NCBI GenBank assembly: GCA_008632985.1
Contig: QPGO01000339.1
Span: forward strand, 1-54,087
Length of the DNA: 54,087 nt
Source of the DNA: Psammoneis japonica
Lineage: Eukaryota
Reading direction: 5' to 3'
Every line of letters begins with the position of its first letter. Position 1 is the first letter of the stretch. This document shows positions 39,342-50,200 of the stretch, piece after piece. The position numbers were made by a program, and so were the translations under genes. Under the pieces are notes generated by a model. That model had not been told where the DNA came from. It saw only the letters and a list, made by a program, of their open reading frames with translations, and did no database searches.

Positions 39342-40660
39342 TTGATGGCAACTGTGAGATTTTTGGCATTAAAGAGAGGTTTGAAAATTTTCCAACGGCA
39401 AAAATGGCTGGGACACAAGGCATGGAGCCACCCACAATTGGCGACAATGGCAAGGAAGAAGAAGAAAGGAACTGCAGGGGTGGCTGGAGATCAACCAACA
39501 AGCCCAAGGCCAGCCGCAGCATTGGTGCGGGTGGGAGCCACTGGGGATCACCAGTCTGTGAAGAGAGAGGCAGAAGAGGTGGCGCGGAAGGAACTTTTCC
39601 CAAAGGCAAAATTCCTTGTCAAGGTGGACATGGCAAGCAGTGGCAAAGTGTCGCGGCTCATCAGGAAAAAGACAGCCGGAGGAAATTGCAGCAAGCGAGA
39701 CTGGGTGGGAGCGTGGGAAGACTGGGCAAAGAAGTGCGTCATGTGTGCAATTAACGCGAAAAGGAGCACGGTCACTCAGGCGATCACAAGAACAATGCAA
39801 CGGCTGGCAAGTGTTTTGTGGTGCATGGCATGTTGAGTGTAGTTGTGCTTGACACAACTGCACCTTTGTTTGTTGAAGTCGTGTTGACAGAGAATGAAGC
39901 AGAGGAGGTGCACAGTCAGAAGCCGGCAGCAAAGGGTGGAGGTGGGAAGAAGAGCAAGAAGAGGAAGAAGAACGATCGTGCGGAAGAGGAAGAGCCGTTC
40001 CTGGCGACTTGGGGGGAGGAGACTGTGACAACGATTGTGGAGGACAAGCGCAAGAACAAGGAAGCACATGCTTGGTTCTATGAAAACATCCTGAAATTCA
40101 CAAAGAGCACCACCACATGGAGAAGGAAGGTGGAGTCGGGTGAGACAAAGGCAGCCGGTCTGGCTACAGCGAGCGACGAGGCTCTGGCACTGTTGACATT
40201 GGAAAACCACTGGAAGAGTTGGGAGCACAAGGCACATCATGACAAGACTGTTGCAGCAAGGGGGGGTTCGGACGAAGAAGATGAGGAAGAGTTGGAACCA
40301 ACACCCAAGTGCACGGACCCGTCAAGGCAACGAGACTCGTGGAAAGATGCAGGGATCAAGCGATTCAACGAACTGCTTGCGGCAGCAAAGAAAGACAGGT
40401 TGAGTGAGGAGGGCATGCAGTTCGACACATGGTGCAGCAAAGGCAAGAAAAGGAAGAGTGACGAAAGAGGCAAGGGATCAAAAAGAAAGAAAAAGCAGGT
40501 GGAGGAGGCAAGAACACAGGCAACGATGGAGCTTTCAAGTGACGACGAGGAGAAGGAGGAAGAGGCAACGGACGAGAACAGAGGATGCAAGGACAGCAAC
40601 AAAGGGGAGGAGGACAGTGATGTGGAAAGCGACACGAATGTAGATGCAGATGGTGAGTGA
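39342..40660 (+). pseudogene. Transposon-associated-type acidic/basic protein remnant
   Basis: Motif string ATASDEALALLTLENHW...PKCT...SWKDAGIKRFNEL with charged low-complexity tails. 1 Tyr in the 280-aa ORF. It resembles a repeated diatom ORF family I recall with ENYW and PKYT at these positions (not verified). Confidence 0.5.
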
Positions 40661-42086
40661 GCTGTGGCATGAAAAGGCAGCGGAGGCTTTTGTCAGTGTG
40701 ATGATGGAAAGAGAACAAGCAATGTGGCAGGCTTCAATGTCAACAGTTGTGAGGTTTAACAAAGCATTGGAGGGATCATTGTTTTGTGATCTAACCTTTT
40801 GTTTGACAACCAGTGTGTGCAATGGAACCAGCGCATGCAACAGAAGGTTCTCTTGACCAATGTAACTCAATGATTGGCGCCAAATTGTTGTCAACCAAAA
40901 CATTGTGAACATTGCTTTCAAAAGGTAAAAAGTGGCGGAATTCTGACAGTTGGGGGAGGGGTCCCACAGGCAAAGGAGGGGTCCCATGGTGAAAAATGTA
41001 ATGCTGTGATGTGCAATAAAAAATCACGTTCTACACAACTCACTCAATGTGAAACTGTTGCATTTGCACCTGCAACACAGTGTTGAAAATTGCCTGTGAG
41101 AAGGGTGGTCAGGATCACTGTGTTTCGCGCTCTGATGTTGCAACAGCAACAGCTGCAAATGACGTGTTTCTCTGTGTGCACCACAAATGCTGGGGGAAAT
41201 TTGGAAGCAACCCGGTGCTTTTTTGTCATGTTTTTTGCAAAGAGCAGCAGCAACAAGCAAAACCCAGCTCGCCCACTCTCTCTGCCACCGCCTGACTGCT
41301 GGCACTCTTGTGTTGTGCTTCAATGATGCAACAGTGTTGTGGTTTGACAACGCAAGTTTACAAAAGAGCATTGGGCAGCATGAGATTCTTGTTTTGTTGG
41401 CGCGTGCAGCAGTCGTGGTGACGCCCGAGCTGGCCAGGCAGGCACTTTTTTCTCTGTGCTGGTCACTGGGGATGGGGGTGACCATGATGGCAGGGGGACA
41501 TTTGTTGTTGACCCCTCATCTTGTGAATGGTGCCAGCTTTCCTTTGCCTCACTTTTCGAACAGCAAACTTTCCTTTGCTTCCTGAGCAATTTCAAAAATG
41601 AAAAAGCAATGTTGTGGCGTGGGTGTGACCGCATTCGCATTCTGACAGCATTGTGCGAAAGTTGAGTTGGATCCTCGTCATCGTGCACATTGCAAATATA
41701 CAATGATGGGAGAGTAGATAAGGCATCTATGACCAAAGAGATGTCTGAAACTTTCTAAGGCATTTATCAACAGGTCATTATGTCTAAATTTTCAGTTGCT
41801 TTTCCATGTGTGACATTTCTGAAAGTCATGTGACCTTCACGTTTATGCCCTCGCGTGATGGTCAGTGTCCGCAACATCGAGCAATGGCATTTTGCATCTG
41901 ACTGTCTCATCCACCACGCAAACCACGTTGAACTCCTGCTGCCAGCACATTCATTGCTCATCCACCACTTTGCAACACTTCCTGTCCGGTTCTTTCCGAC
42001 TCATACTGTTCCATATTGCACGAAAGCAGAGCGATTGAAAGCGCGGATCGTAGTCCCAAGGTCTCTTTGCCATCAAGTTTGTCAAG

Positions 42087-42485
42087 ATGAAATCGGCTCC
42101 CAATCAAGACAGCGGGTGGGTTTGTCCCCACTGCACGTACAATAACCCCGATCGCGAGAACATGACTTGCGAAATGTGCTTTAAGTCTCAAGAAGGCGCC
42201 GAGACGGCTCCTCCACCTGCGGCTGGTGGTGATTTACAAGTGCCTACTTCTTCCAACGCGCTTCTGGAACGATTGGTGGCGGACGGGAAAATATCATCGG
42301 CTGCTGCGCACAGTTTTCTCAATCGTCCAGGACTGCCAGGTGCGACAGGCACCGGTGATGGAGATTGGCAAAGGGCGGCACCGAGTGCTCGTGATTTGCA
42401 GCTGCAAGAAATGCGTAAACAACAAGAAGAACTTTACCGCCAAATTCAAGCTGGAAATGGCCGTGGTGCAGATCAAGGTTCCTAG
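42087..42485 (+). CDS. Small protein with a RanBP2-type (C4) zinc finger
   Basis: WVCPHCTYNNPDRENMTCEMC matches W-x-C-x2-C-x3-N-x6/7-C-x2-C. The true start may lie upstream. Confidence 0.7.
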   Translation: MKSAPNQDSGWVCPHCTYNNPDRENMTCEMCFKSQEGAETAPPPAAGGDLQVPTSSNALLERLVADGKISSAAAHSFLNRPGLPGATGTGDGDWQRAAPSARDLQLQEMRKQQEELYRQIQAGNGRGADQGS

Positions 42486-43025
42486 GAGATCGATCTCTTA
42501 CGCCACACTTGTTGTTTTCTGAGAAATCATGCTTGATTTGACACAAGCTTTATTCTGTATGTTCGCAAAGTTCTTTTCTCAGAAACCTATCCTTGTATCC
42601 TATCTTCTTTGTTGGGAGGCTTGTGATATCCCAACTCAGAGGCTGCATGGAACATTAGGTTGTAATTCTATAGCATCGTTATTTGAAAACGAGCGTTTCC
42701 GTTTCCGTTGCATCTCCTAATACACCTTACCAGGTAGTATTGTTAAGTCTACAACCCCTAACTAAGCTTGTTCTCCAAATCTTTTGTCCGGTAAATTTCT
42801 CGTTTTGAATCATGTGAGAAGCACAGAGCTCAGCCTGAAATTGAAAATCATGACACGCTATCAAGCCAATCACTTGAACACAATCGTCACCAAATCAATT
42901 TCTTTCGTGATCCACTACTTGCAGCAGTCACTCAGGATATCTGCACGATGGGTTCAAACGTCATCGAACATGCCAGATCGAAACATTTATTCGAGTTCAC
43001 ACTCTTTTTCTAATCGGCACGTCAA

Positions 43026-43988
43026 CTATTTTCGCAACACATGTACATATCCCGTGCTTCCCATTACTTCTCTGTTTTCCACGTCGAGGCGGTCAACCAG
43101 TTCCCATCCATGAGCTGGGTCCAAGGCACGATCTGTTGTTATTGCAACGCATCCGTTCCCACAAGATTGTGATAAAGTCTTACTCCATTTCTCATCCAAC
43201 ACCATGGCTCCTAGCTCCGGTGAGAACCCCGTGGAGGAAAATACTGTACTGTAAGCAAACAGTAAGTTGCATTGTGACAAGATTTCTTGGTGCTGTTCGA
43301 TTGGCCCGTTATGCAAGCAGACCGTTGTCTCGTCTTTCGAACCACCGGGTGTCGACATGAATAAATGTTCATCAATTCCCTTCTGCAATGCCTGCAGTGC
43401 AAGATTGTGTAGCAAAGGAGAAATTTCAATACCGTGAACCACCCATGGAGTAGGAGCACTCTCCTCTGAAGGGCCACCCCGTGTCAAGGCAGCATACAAC
43501 GCAAGTCTACCGCTTCCCGAACCAAGATCCACCATTTCTATTCTGCTCTCCTGGACTCTCGTCAATGCCAAGTCTAGTAATTCATCAAAGCTTTCTAATG
43601 GAAATTCCCCATAAGTGAATTGAGTACTAGGATCATCTGCTGCCACTGGACCGCCAGCACTTCTAGGACGACCACTCTCGTCTCCAGGTCCCGATTGGGA
43701 CTTCCACAAGCCCTGTGCATCGCCTCCACATGCTATTCGATCACCATAGCTTGCCTCTGGTAATATCAGGCTGTCCATTATTTCTCGACCCTCTTGTCGT
43801 CCCTTTGAATGAGTCGTCCATGCTGATGTCGTAGTTCTCGATGAGGTGTCTCCTCTCGCGGAATTCATGGACGTCATCATCTGGTCCCTAATTCCACGGT
43901 GGAAATGGCGCCATCTTTTGCTTTTTACTACCACCAATGATTGTCCGTGCTCGCATCCTGTTAAGAGCAATAAGAAGAACGCTAGCAT
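43026..43988 (-). CDS. Class I SAM-dependent methyltransferase (DOT1-like motif set), with signal peptide
   Basis: TYGEFP, MVDLGSGSGRLAL (motif I), VHGIEI, LLFAYST. Confidence 0.8.
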   Translation of the reverse strand: MLAFFLLLLTGCEHGQSLVVVKSKRWRHFHRGIRDQMMTSMNSARGDTSSRTTTSAWTTHSKGRQEGREIMDSLILPEASYGDRIACGGDAQGLWKSQSGPGDESGRPRSAGGPVAADDPSTQFTYGEFPLESFDELLDLALTRVQESRIEMVDLGSGSGRLALYAALTRGGPSEESAPTPWVVHGIEISPLLHNLALQALQKGIDEHLFMSTPGGSKDETTVCLHNGPIEQHQEILSQCNLLFAYSTVFSSTGFSPELGAMVLDEKWSKTLSQSCGNGCVAITTDRALDPAHGWELVDRLDVENREVMGSTGYVHVLRK

Positions 43989-44262
43989 GCTGTAGTTCCT
44001 CGGCGGTGGAAGTTTGTGTTTTGAGTTATTAAGTTGTGATGTGCAGCCTTTGGCTGTGTCCGATCATGTGATTCGCAGATTTTGATTCGTTGGCCATTGC
44101 TTGGCGGCATGCTTTTTGTTTTGTGGCGCGCATGGGGGGTGACGTGAGTCAAACGAGTCGACCACGCGATAAACGCGCGATCTTTCGATACGATCGTCCG
44201 TCTTCGACCGGGAAGTGACTCACACGCATAATCATCTCACATCTCACAAAACGAAACCAACC

Positions 44263-45126
44263 ATGATGAGTCGTCACGGCCGTCTTTTCTTTGCAACCAT
44301 GACATGCTTGCTAGGCAACTTATTGATAATGCCGTCATGCCTCGTCGCTTTCACGTGCCCGTCCATGCAACGATCTCGTGCTGGTATCCATAGTGAGCGG
44401 CTTGCGTTCGAGTTGGAGATGACATGTGAAAATCAAGGTGTGGACGGCACTTCACGCCGTTCTTTCATGGAGCAATCCGTAGTTGCCATGTCTGCTATTT
44501 CTACAGCATTTGGTATTAATAATTCGGCATGGGCAGCAACGGCGGCAAAAAAGAAGTCACTGGACGAATGTTTGTACACGATCCTCCGCGTGCGAGAAGC
44601 GACACAGCAGGAAACGCGGCTCTTGAATACGGGGAAATTCAAGGACTTGCAGCGTGCCAACGTAAAGCTAGCTGTTGGATTGATACTCGATAACTATCGC
44701 TTGGCCGATACACTTATTGCGGCATCTTCGTACATTGAATCAAATTCCCAAAGAATCGACGCAGGCAATGCAGGACAACGTGCCGTTCAGAGCCTTTACA
44801 CCATTTTAGAATATTTTGATTCAGCTGACGTGCAGAATATAAAGGTAGGCAGAAAAAGTATGTGTACTTGCAAGTAACCATGAGCTTGTATCATAAGTGT
44901 TTTCTATTCTTGTCTCCAGGTTGGTACGTCAAGTATGGAGGGAAAAGAAGGATTGGTCGTTAAAGGTTTAGCTTCAGCCCGCACTAGCATTGATGAGTTT
45001 CTCGCCTACTTTCCACGCCAGGAGATCGATAAGGTTCGTGCGAGAATCGAAGAAGAGAATGAAATGAATAGAAAGGAATTCGACCCTGCGTTGGGAACAA
45101 TCTTGAATCCTCCACCAGAGAAGTAA
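44263..45126 (+). CDS. Hypothetical thylakoid-lumen-targeted helical protein, 2 exons
   Basis: Signal peptide ending LVA-F; SRRSF...AWA-A twin-arginine-like signal; in-frame intron 44845-44919; predicted helical mature domain. Confidence 0.75.
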
Positions 45127-45778
45127 ATGAAAGTCACTTAGCTATTTCTTGTAGCCGCTCTAGAACCGCTACGGTGACAGCAGCTGTTGCACGACCCTTA
45201 TACTCCAGAGGATACTTAAAACTCTCAGCTATTTACCTTGTCTTTCGATATGGGCTCTTGCTCCTAAGGTATATCGTTGTCGCAAAGTGTCAATATATAA
45301 AGTGTTGAACATCCCAGATACCAGACACTACACAGTGAGCACCTTACAAAACTCTCTCTCACCATTACGATCTCTCTTCAGCTGTTCTACTCGTAAACAA
45401 TAAACAGCAAACTTGTGTTCCCGGGACGCTGGAATCATAGCTTCAATTCACTTCGATCCTCCTACTCGCTTTTCGTCGAGTGACGACTCCTCCTCCTGCT
45501 CCTCCTCAACCACTTGCTGAGTCCCGTTTGATCAGCGACCTCCGACAGAGAAAGTTAGTCTTGGAAAACAAAACTACCGCAAACAAATTGGAAAGTAACA
45601 CGAAATCGATCACGATCTGTCAACGGATATGGATGCTATCTGTTACAATTCGTCGCATGATATAATTGGACACACGCTCGAATTCATCCGCTCGTTCGTC
45701 TCACAATCGAAAGTTCGCTACCACCGCTCAAAGGTCCTGTTTGCATACAAAGAAAGAATCACCTCCTGCCTCGCAACC

Positions 45779-46354
45779 ATGAATTTCCTTTCTCTCTCCA
45801 CCACTCTCCTTCTTGTTCTTGGTACTGCTCCCAGCACTGCCGCATTCACAAGCCAGCAATGTCAAGATGAAACACAAGCACTGAGCTCGAACATGGAGAT
45901 CCAGACTGCCAACGTTTTCAACAGTTTTGAGCCTAACGAGAATGATTGCTCGCAATCTGGCAACTCTATTTCATGCAGCATCGACTTTGCGACGATTTCG
46001 GGTGACTTTGCCACCATTTGTGGCAACAATGGTGGACAAGTGTTTACGACCGATGTCCGCATGACGTGCACAGGCTCGGGCAGCACCTCGAATTATCTTT
46101 ACAATGAGTTTCCAGAGTGTATTGGAGCTTCGTGTGACGCTGAAAAGTATGAAGACTTTGTCGGCGCCTTTTTTGAAGCCCTCGCTGAATTGTCGGAAGC
46201 AGGCGACACAGAGTGCGAAATCGAAACTGGCGATCTCACCAACGGCGATGCGAGCAATCTCCGCAAAAATGGAGGTTCCGGTGGAGCAAGCTACAATCGC
46301 CGCATGGCAGGTCTCCTAGTCGGGATGTCTGCTTTTGTCATGATCTTTCTCTAA
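45779..46354 (+). CDS. Secreted cysteine-rich, probably GPI-anchored surface protein
   Basis: Signal peptide MNFLSLSTTLLLVLG; 8 Cys in the mature part; C-terminal GGSGGAS spacer plus terminal hydrophobic tail. Confidence 0.75.
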   Translation: MNFLSLSTTLLLVLGTAPSTAAFTSQQCQDETQALSSNMEIQTANVFNSFEPNENDCSQSGNSISCSIDFATISGDFATICGNNGGQVFTTDVRMTCTGSGSTSNYLYNEFPECIGASCDAEKYEDFVGAFFEALAELSEAGDTECEIETGDLTNGDASNLRKNGGSGGASYNRRMAGLLVGMSAFVMIFL

Positions 46355-46446
46355 ACGACGCTCTTCGCAGTACTGTAGGCCTGAGCATACTTTTCCTTAT
46401 GCAATCCAAGCCGCATACGTTTCCTTCATGTACGCGTTCTTGCCTA

Positions 46447-47463
46447 TCAGGTAGATAGCTTCACAAACGGCCCACTGGGAGTTTTTCGACTCGTGATGAT
46501 TCCTTCAGAAAGCATATGTTGTAGAACAAATCTTCCTGATAGACAACGGGGATAAGACTGGGATTCGAGTTGATTCTGACTCAGTTCCTTGTAGTGAGAA
46601 CGTTTTATTTGCCGAATCACCTTGTTGGTAGCATCCGACATGGACTTCAACACAATCTTTCCCCAGTTCGGCAACCAAAAGTATAACCGATCATTTTCAC
46701 TTTGTGATTGCACAACCTGCATTTTAACCAACGTATCGACTACCAAAGATGCACTCAAACCGCTGTTCTTGTACTGGCTGCTGTCTTTCCAACGCCTCTG
46801 AAGATCTTCATGCGATACGGTTCGTCCCGTCCAGTTCGATAAGTTCGAGACAAACCAACTTGTAATGATTTGGTTCTTCCTTTCGTTACTATTGTTTTGA
46901 ACTTGATGTGCATCCCAAACACCGCGAATGTAATCCTTGGTTTCCATAATTGCCATGGTGGTTGTCGCACTCTGTGCATACGAAAAGGGCAACCGACGGA
47001 CGGAATTTTCTCGAATCAACATTAACAGTTCGTGAGTGACAACCGAGTCACTTCCATTGATTGACTCTAGCTTTTGATGCAGCTGTGATTCCAACACACA
47101 TGATATCACCATGCTTCCGTTTGCAGCCAGAGGAAACGTCAAGCCCTGACTCGAAGCAATCAAGGAACGCAACGCTAAGAGCGTGTCGCAGGGTAAATCA
47201 TCAAACAACGATGCTTCTTGTTGATCACGATCCGTTTCATTTTCGCCAATGAGACTCTTTTCGGTGTTGGTGGCGGTCTCATGCTGCTGTGTGCCACGCA
47301 ATACCTTGGGCAACCCTTGTTGTTCCAGGCTGCGATGATTCGGGTGGCTTTTCTTTGTCTTTTTGCGCTTCTTCACGACAACTTTTAGGAGTTTTCGATC
47401 TGATTTTTCAGCACGTTTCTCTTTAGAAGGAGTTTCCGACTCGGCCGGAGGTGGAGACGACAT
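46447..47463 (-). CDS. STK19: STK19-like tandem winged-helix protein
   Basis: DTLLALRSL, LESQL, ELLMLIRENSVRRL, LYFWLPNWG, IKRSHYKEL, LQHMLSEGII..KTPSG follow the STK19 family pattern. Basic NLS-like N-terminus. Confidence 0.7.
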   Translation of the reverse strand: MSSPPPAESETPSKEKRAEKSDRKLLKVVVKKRKKTKKSHPNHRSLEQQGLPKVLRGTQQHETATNTEKSLIGENETDRDQQEASLFDDLPCDTLLALRSLIASSQGLTFPLAANGSMVISCVLESQLHQKLESINGSDSVVTHELLMLIRENSVRRLPFSYAQSATTTMAIMETKDYIRGVWDAHQVQNNSNERKNQIITSWFVSNLSNWTGRTVSHEDLQRRWKDSSQYKNSGLSASLVVDTLVKMQVVQSQSENDRLYFWLPNWGKIVLKSMSDATNKVIRQIKRSHYKELSQNQLESQSYPRCLSGRFVLQHMLSEGIITSRKTPSGPFVKLST

Positions 47464-47700
47464 TGCAATGACAAAAGGCCTTCCGGTATGTATCCGGCAT
47501 GAACAGTTAAAACGGGCATGTTGCTGCATGGCCGCCGATGGCCGGCGACGACTCGCGACTCATCATGTCGCGACGCGAGCGCGCTGCGAGGTTTCAGTTT
47601 TCTTTTTGATGGCGATGGCTGATGGCTGATGGCTGGCTGGACTGGAGGACGGCGGCGCGGTCGGTCCGTAGCTTCGATTTTGTCTTCATCTTAAGATTAG

Positions 47701-47910
47701 ACTAAGGTTAGGGCCCTACTGTCTCTAGCTACTCTCTATTTTAACTAAGAGAGTAGCTAGGGTCCTAGAGACTAGAGAATAGTCTCTGGAGAGCGCCAAG
47801 AGAGAGAGTCTACACCTCTGCGACGATAGTCTTTAGCTTGCCATACTTTTTTGCCACAGACGGCCGCCTCTCTAGAGATCGCTTGGCAGAGCAATCACTG
47901 GTCTCTGTAG
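47701..47910. repeat. CTAG/TCTCT-rich patch with a perfect 13-bp hairpin
   Basis: ctagctactctct (47725-47737) is the reverse complement of agagagtagctag (47748-47760), with a 10-nt loop. Repeated ctagag/tctct words; agggccctac at 47710. Confidence 0.6.
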
Positions 47911-47935
47911 ACAACGACGATACATGAACAATGAA

Positions 47936-49820
47936 TCAACTAGAATTAAAACCTACAGACAATCTTCGCCGTAGTCTTGTCATCCAACCCGAAGAACGAC
48001 GAACCTTGGAGGTATCAGCAGTAGGCAGCTCAGTAGCTTCGTTTTTGCTGAGGAATGCCAACAGGATCCGGATTGTGCACCATGCCACAAGAAAAAGGCT
48101 TAGAATCCTGGGCAAAATCACCAGACATGAAAACTTTATGGAAAACATTACGTAGAACATGTCAGTCCAAGCCAGTATTCCAGTTGGTCCAGGAGGACGT
48201 TCTAGACTCAAATTCATGTTCCACTTGGGGTTCACGAAGAAAGGTCCGTCTAGGGATAAATGGAAGCCAACATGTTCGCAGCGCTGCCCGTCGCTCCCCG
48301 TGTCATACCTGGCCTGACGAACCGCATGCAACGGATATAATACGGCACCATTATACGCAGATTGTACCTGATACATTTCTGTATGGCTATCTTCGATGGT
48401 GACTAGCATCCCCTTCATGGGACTTACGGTTTCGCAGAGGCTCCTCCATCGAGTCCCTGCTGGCGTCACCTCGCAATACTTTCGGTGTACATTTTCTAGC
48501 CACCATCTACTTTGCTTTACTTCCGGTTCAAATGCAATCCAGTCGTAAGGAAGACGTAGAGTTCCAAACGACCCTCTAAGGATAGCTCTGCCTGAACTCG
48601 CCACGGCGTTATCTGGCTTGGCTCCCAACGTGTGGAGTACACCCAGAGGCGAAATAGAGATCGCCAGATCCATGTCAAGGACCAACATGTGACTGTAGTG
48701 TTGGTATGCGGGTTTGTTGAGTATATACGACAAAACCCTGTTGCGATAGTGAGCCATTTTCCCGATAACACTGTTGTCTAAGCTATCACCGTCTGTATCG
48801 TAACGATGAACATCTCCAAACATGCAGTCCTTTGCTTCCTCACACTCGATCAAATCAACCGAATACCCTCGCGCTTCCGATGACCATTTCTTGAAGGCTT
48901 CCCTGGTGCCATCCTCACTATCATTCTCAAAAACTACAACTGATAAATGAGAAAAGAAGGGCGTCAGCCCTTCAATGTTTTGACGCAATGGCTTGACGGC
49001 ATGTGCCGTGTCACGCGCCATAATGTTGACGACTAAACCACCGGATTGTCGAGCGTACTGAATACCATTGAAAACAGTTTGCATATCTTGAGACCTCCGA
49101 GTGGAGAGAACTCCAGAGCTTTGTAAGTAAAGTGGAAAAAGGATCAGAAAAGTCTGTAAACTATTGTTTGTGGAAACGCCACTGGGAAATTGAACTAACC
49201 TTAAAGAATTCCAGCTTGCTTCAGAAAGACACAAGTCAGAACGCCCATTTTCCTTGCTGGTCTCTTCATCGTTGAGGCACATCCCAGACAAGCCCTTTCA
49301 GCGTAAAACGTTAGAAAGATCGCAGATGAGGAATTAATTCAAACGAAGAAAGAACAGAACTATCTGTCACCAGCTGACCAACCTGTTGAATATGAATAGG
49401 GTCATAAACCTTGAACGCCCCCCATGCTGCTGGACACAGGACCATAGCGACAGAGGGAAAAGAACGAATCAAAACTTCTTGGAGAAGTGAAACAGGGGAT
49501 ATACAAATTGCTAGAACCAATGCCAATTTCTTCCGTCGGGTGTACGATGAACGGACCCTTTTGCAGAGTGTACGATCTCCCCACAAGCACAGGAGTGCGA
49601 CAAGAGCGGAAAGCCCAGAGGCAAACCACAGCTTCATATGCAAGAAGCAACCCCACATAGTAACAGCCATTCTAAGGTTATCGCGCAAAAGACACACCAA
49701 CAGTAGGGCTAGGCAGAGAAAGGTGATTCCCAGGCGCATTGCCCAAGCCCAAGCAGCATGCCGCGGCGTCGCCAAACTACGACTATAACGAGAAACAAAA
49801 CGGAAGCCGATTTTGAACAT
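47936..49820 (-). CDS. Membrane-bound GT-A glycosyltransferase (GT69/CAP59-like)
   Basis: VVVFENDSEDGT, MAHYRNRVL, LDMDL (DxD), SAYNG, RCEHVGFH; N- and C-terminal TM segments. In-frame intron 49382-49295 and a probable second intron near 49199-49119. Confidence 0.75.
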
Positions 49821-49895
49821 TGTGTTGAACCGAGTTCTGGTCTCGGTACTGGTAAGACCTGGCGCAAAGTTATCTTGAAGACTTTACTGTATTAT

Positions 49896-49969
49896 CCCTC
49901 TAGAGGGCCTACGGTACTGTACTCTCTAGAATGGAAAACGACGTCGCTTCCACGGTAGGGCCCTACCGT
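49896..49969. repeat. Cluster of perfect palindromes upstream of the glycosyltransferase gene
   Basis: ccctctagaggg (49896-49907, 12 bp) and acggtagggccctaccgt (49952-49969, 18 bp). Confidence 0.7.
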
Positions 49970-50200
49970 AGCTCAAATGCCCATCGCGAAAACCTGCTTG
50001 TGTCCAAGAAGTTCGAATTACTATCAGTTTTATAACATAAGAAATAAACGGTTTGTCGCTAATTACAACGATCAACGGCTTGTTGCCCGCCAATTGTATC
50101 GGTTTTGTCGCTTAAAACTATAAATCTATTTTTTGTGCCGTAAAACATTATTTAGTGTATTAATAGTATTTTCAAGTACAGTACATCTAATAATGTAATA

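Larger units (their letters stand above)
32700..41690. mobile_element. ~9-kb TpA-depleted block, probably a decayed large transposable element of unknown class
   Basis: Hand count of ~35 TA in 33901-36960 and ~2 in 37801-38760. ORFs are Tyr-poor and Cys/His-rich. It shares a homologous segment with the 50.6-54.1 kb block. No terminal repeats found; boundaries approximate. Confidence 0.6.

Noticed and set aside
39807..39890. gcaagt as a TA->CA-mutated splice donor joining ORFs 39342 and 39818
   Set aside because: The donor phase does not match the nearby AG acceptors, so I cannot support the intron.
32700..41690. Classical RIP or CpG deamination as the sole cause of the odd composition
   Set aside because: RIP raises TpA rather than lowering it, and CpG decay does not remove TpA; CpG is retained in the core of this block.
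25752..47463. mfd and STK19 as a transcription-coupled repair cluster
   Set aside because: They are 17 kb apart with unrelated DNA between, and their products are predicted for different compartments (plastid versus nucleus). Probably coincidence.
47708..47713. TTAGGG as a telomeric repeat
   Set aside because: Single hexamer, no array.
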